Shown piece after piece: positions 1 to 64,000 of a stretch of DNA of 64,000 bases. The stretch is taken from assembly GCA_038087875.1 (NCBI GenBank), contig CM075994.1, forward strand, positions 4,342,001-4,406,000, written 5' to 3'. This DNA comes from Malacoraja senta (Eukaryota). The translations under genes were made by a program, and so were the position numbers. Position 1 is the first letter of the stretch. Every line of letters starts with the position of its first letter. Below the pieces are notes generated by a model. The model was not told where the DNA came from. It saw only the letters and a program-made list of their open reading frames with translations, and searched no databases.

Positions 1-1187
1 TTCATGCCAATTGAAGCAGGGTGTTAGGCCACCAAATTCAAGCGCAGTTTCATGCCACTTCAAGCAGGGTGCAAGGCAACCACATTGCAGTTTCATATCA
101 TTTCAAGCAGGATGCAAGGCCACCAAATTCACGTGCAGTTTCATACCATTTCATGCAGGGTGCAAGGCCAACACATTCAAATGCAGTTTCATACCATTTC
201 AAGCAGGGTGAAACCACCTTAAAGCCACCATAAAACCACACAAAAGACCACATAAACTACAAACTCACAGTTCAGTAGACATTCAGTGTGTTCAGTTGAT
301 TCACAGCTCAGACAGAGTCGTGACCTCTACCTTCCCCCATCTTGCAGAGATTGAGCCACACCCACACTTCCGGGTTTTATAATCCCTCCCCATCCCACAG
401 GAATGGGCGTGGCTTCATGGCGTGATTGACAGGAGAGAGATTCTCAACATTTTTTTAGACACTAATAACACGTTTATTTTTCATTCATGGGAAGAATCCT
501 CTGCACCTGATGAGCGGAGGGGGCTGAGTAAGATGGCCAAAAATCACAGCCGTGAGTGGTAGCGTTTTATCTAAAATCAATATACAATGCAAACAGGAAG
601 TTGTCAAGTTTAGACTTACAACCATATCAGCATTTCAAAGCAACCACCACCACCAACAACCATCTGCAGTGCAGCATTTCAAAGCAACCACCACCAACAA
701 CAACCATTTGCAGTGCAGCATTTCAAAGCAACCACCACCAACAACAACCATTTGCACAGCAGCATTTCAAAGCAACCGCCACCAACAACCATTTGCAGTG
801 CAGCATTTCAAAGCAACCACGTTTTAATTTGCAAACCACATTAAGGGCACTCACAGTTGAGTAGACATGTGTTCAGTGTTATCCACAGCTCAGAGAGACG
901 TGACCCTCTCGCTTCCTCCTTCTTGCAGAGTGACTGAGGCACAACACTTCCGGGTATTATAGTGGCTCCCCCTCCAACCGGCAGGGGCAGCAGAGAGAAT
1001 CTCAACATTTTAAAAACATTAATAACTCTTTTATTTTTTCATCGATGGGAAAAATCATCTTGTCCTGCGCAGCGGGGGGGGGGGGGACTTACTCAAAGAA
1101 GGCCAAAAATCACAGCCGTAAGTGGCAGCGTTGTCTAATATCATGAAATGGAAAACAGGGTCAAGATCAGAGTTTTATTAATATAGA
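1..1187 (-). mobile_element. Non-autonomous Helitron-like element (5' part) with internal tandem repeats
   Basis: Minus strand begins a|TCTATATTAATAAAACTCTGATCTTGACC, matching the 5' end of the 32684 element; shared internal block present twice (about 250-600 and 840-1150); tandem arrays at 1-210 and 630-820. Confidence 0.7.
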
Positions 1188-1650
1188 TACTGCATCTGCC
1201 ACGCATCAGCCCACTCACTCAACCTGTCCAGGTCACCCTGTAACCTCCTAACCTCCTCTTCACAGTTCACACTGCCACCCAGCTTCTTGCCACCCGCAAA
1301 CTTGCTAGTGTTGCTTCTAATTCCCTCTTCCAAATCATTAATATATATGGTAAACAGTTGCGGCCCCAACACAGAGCCTTGCGGCACTCCACTCGCCACT
1401 GCATGCCATTCTGAAAAGGACCCGTTCGCTCCTACTCTTTGCTTCCTGTCTGCCAACCAATTTTCTATCCACGTCAACACCCAATACCATGTGCTCTCAT
1501 TTTAGTCACCAGTCTCCCGTGCGGGACCTTATCAAAGGCATTCTGAAAGTCTAGATACATTACATCCACAGGGTCTCTTCATCCATTTTACTTGTCACAT
1601 CCTCAAAAAATTACTGAAGATTAGTCAAGCATAATTTTCCTTTCATAAAA
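1188..1650 (-). mobile_element. CR1 LINE RT fragment
   Basis: ORF with [21 protein letters not shown] motif; cut by the Helitron. Confidence 0.9.
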
Positions 1651-2429
1651 AAGTGGTAGCAAGAAGTCAAAGGCAAACAATCTGTTGGAAAAAAACCGGT
1701 TCTTCTCTGCCTTAATTGGGCAACTACTTACTTTTATGCAGCGATCGCATCCCCTGCCCCAGTAATCTAATGAACGATTCCCTCTTTACATTTTCCTGCT
1801 CCTCATCAGTTCATAATTAAAAATTGCTGGCAGTGTTCAATTGTGTAACCGCCTGTGCCTGGGGTACATTCCTCGAAAACATCCCTGTCCAGCCATATCT
1901 GTGTCGGACATGGCCAAATTAATATAATCCCCTATGCCTGTCATTCTCAATGTCCTTCATCCCTGCTAATTCATCTGCCTATCGTAAAGCCTGTTAAACG
2001 CCAATTTCGTGTTTGCATGAACTTCTTCATCTGCCAGCGCATTCCAGACGCCTATCGTTCCCTTTGTAACAATATGCGCCCTCTCACTTCAAAGCAAAGC
2101 CATCTCGTATTTGACATCTCCACCAAGGGAGAACGTTTCTGACCGTCTACCCTATCCATGCTTCTCGTGAGTTTATAAACCTCTATCAGGTATCCCTTCA
2201 GCGTCCGATGCGCGGTTTTCGCTTCAGTCTCCGATGCCCCTGACCAAATAATTCAATTTCGTCCAACCTTTCTTCATTTCTTTCGTCTAACATTTACCCT
2301 CTAATCCAAGTAGCATCACTTCTGCACTCTCTCTAAACCTCCTACGTTTAATGGGGGAAACAACACACGGTAGAGTGCCCTGCTTTATCGTCGCGCAAAC
2401 GTGATGTTTCTGCGTTCAACGTTAGACAT

Positions 2430-2720
2430 TTTAAAGATAGAGCGCGGAAACAGGCCGTTCCGTCCACCGTGTCCACGCCGACCAGCTATAACCCGCACAC
2501 TATGGCCAATTATGCAACTTACCGAAGCGAATTGACCTACAATCCTGTACGTCTTTGGAGTGTGGGTGGAAACCGGACCACCCGGAGAAAACCCACACGG
2601 TCACAGAGAGAACGTATAAACAGGCAGCACACCGTACAGACATCAGCCGTAGTCAGGATCGAACCCGGGTCTCTGGCATTGCAAGGCATCAACTCTACAG
2701 TTGCGACACTCTGTCGCCCA
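2430..2720 (-). mobile_element. tRNA-headed SINE
   Basis: Minus strand has B-box-like GGGTTCGATCC; same family as 24297, 26290, 29520, 48930, 49232, 51135, 63555. Confidence 0.7.
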
Positions 2721-3347
2721 TAAACCCTAACATGAAATTCTTGGCATAATGAAATATAATGTAATATAAACGAATATCGTTATGCAATTTGAATACAACC
2801 GTAGGCAGATCATGTGAGTCTCCTTATTACAAAAGAATGATAATGCAGTCGAAGCATTTCAGAGAACATTTACTAGATTTTTATCCAGGGTGATCCAGTT
2901 TTCTTTTGAGGAAAGATTGTACAAGCGAGTTTGTATCCACTGGGGGTAATATGAATACGATGTGGGGTCATGGCGGGATGTATCTGTAGAGGGCGTTTAC
3001 TCATGGGAGAATACAGGAGTTCAAGAATGAGGCACATTCAATTAATGAGGCACATTCCTAGTTATATTAATGCTAATGAGCGTTATAATGGCCCGTGAAG
3101 ATCGACAGGGTATTGGGTTTATGAATAGGACTAACTTATTTATTTGCAACAAAGTCAAGCAGACACTGTGGGCTGAAGACCACGTTCTAACCTATGTTTC
3201 TACGATGCCTGAGGTACTTAATATTTCACTCCAAGAGCGTGGTTCAGATGTCTTTCAAAATAATCCTTGTCATTTCCGCTTCGATGTTTACGCTAATGTC
3301 GCGTTGAGAAAATAATGACAGGATGTAGTGTGTTTTGAACAATTTAG

Positions 3348-63339
<59,992 letters not shown>

Positions 63340-64000
63340 TACTGTGGACACTGAAATGGAGTGGGGAAGTTGTGTCTGGGCATCTTTCTTGTTGAACCTA
63401 ACTGCGGGGACATCTAATTCTAACCCTGTGCTGTGCGTGTTCGAGATAGGGAAGATTATACTCGATGACGTTGAATTATTGGCACGCTTTCTCTCGGTAC
63501 CCGATGACCAGTCGCAATTTAGTCTTTCCGCTTCAAACAAGTTACATTTAGATTAGTTTAGTTAAGACATACAGCGCGGAAATATGCCCTTCGGCCCACC
63601 GAGTCCGCGCCGACCTGTGATCTTCATATGATTTCTTCTCTGTAAAGCACTTTGGTTTCAACGTGATTTGATTTAAAAGTGCTATATAAATTAAAATTAC
63701 TTAGTTACTTACTTACTTGCTTCGTAAACCGTAGCACCCGGGGAAAACCCAAGTGGTCACAGCAATAATGTACAAACTCCGCACAGACAAGCACCCGCAT
63801 TCAGGATCAAACACGGGTTGCTGGTGCTGGAAGGCAGCAACTCTACCGCTGCACCGCCGTGCCACCCCCCCCCCCCCCCCCCCCACCCCTCCCCCCCCCC
63901 TAAATGAGCTAAATGATTTTTTTTTTAAAGTATGGGACATGATTAGGTTCGTTCTGCACAGTGCATAAACGGTCCATAGGCCATCAGAACATTTTTTTTA

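Overview
Vertebrate genomic DNA. The repeat content (CR1, Rex1/Babar-like LINEs, tRNA-headed SINEs, Penelope fragments) suggests a cartilaginous fish such as a skate or ray; this is inference. Nearly all ORFs in the supplied track are transposon remnants or microsatellite artefacts. The main signal is invisible to that track: a + strand gene spanning almost the whole window, built from about 35 tiny, frame-preserving, phase-1 exons (21 x 27 nt, 11 x 36 nt, plus one each of 33, 21 and 15 nt) with canonical AG/GT sites. Spliced, they give about 340 aa of stop-free, E/K/L/Q-rich predicted coiled coil, possibly ending at a short terminal exon (EKAAAS*, 63320-63339). A 36+27-nt exon cassette (21 aa = 3 heptads) has been tandemly duplicated six times with its introns (about 10.1-31.1 kb). 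The architecture recalls the heptad micro-exon tails of chicken BG and butyrophilin genes, but the 5' end lies outside the window, so identity is unproven. The introns hold two non-autonomous Helitrons, two hAT elements with 8-bp TSDs, a Harbinger-type MITE, a probable solo LTR, Penelope fragments with hammerhead-like cores, and a degenerate 21-bp minisatellite. Exon coordinates were counted by hand; TE boundaries without TSDs are approximate.
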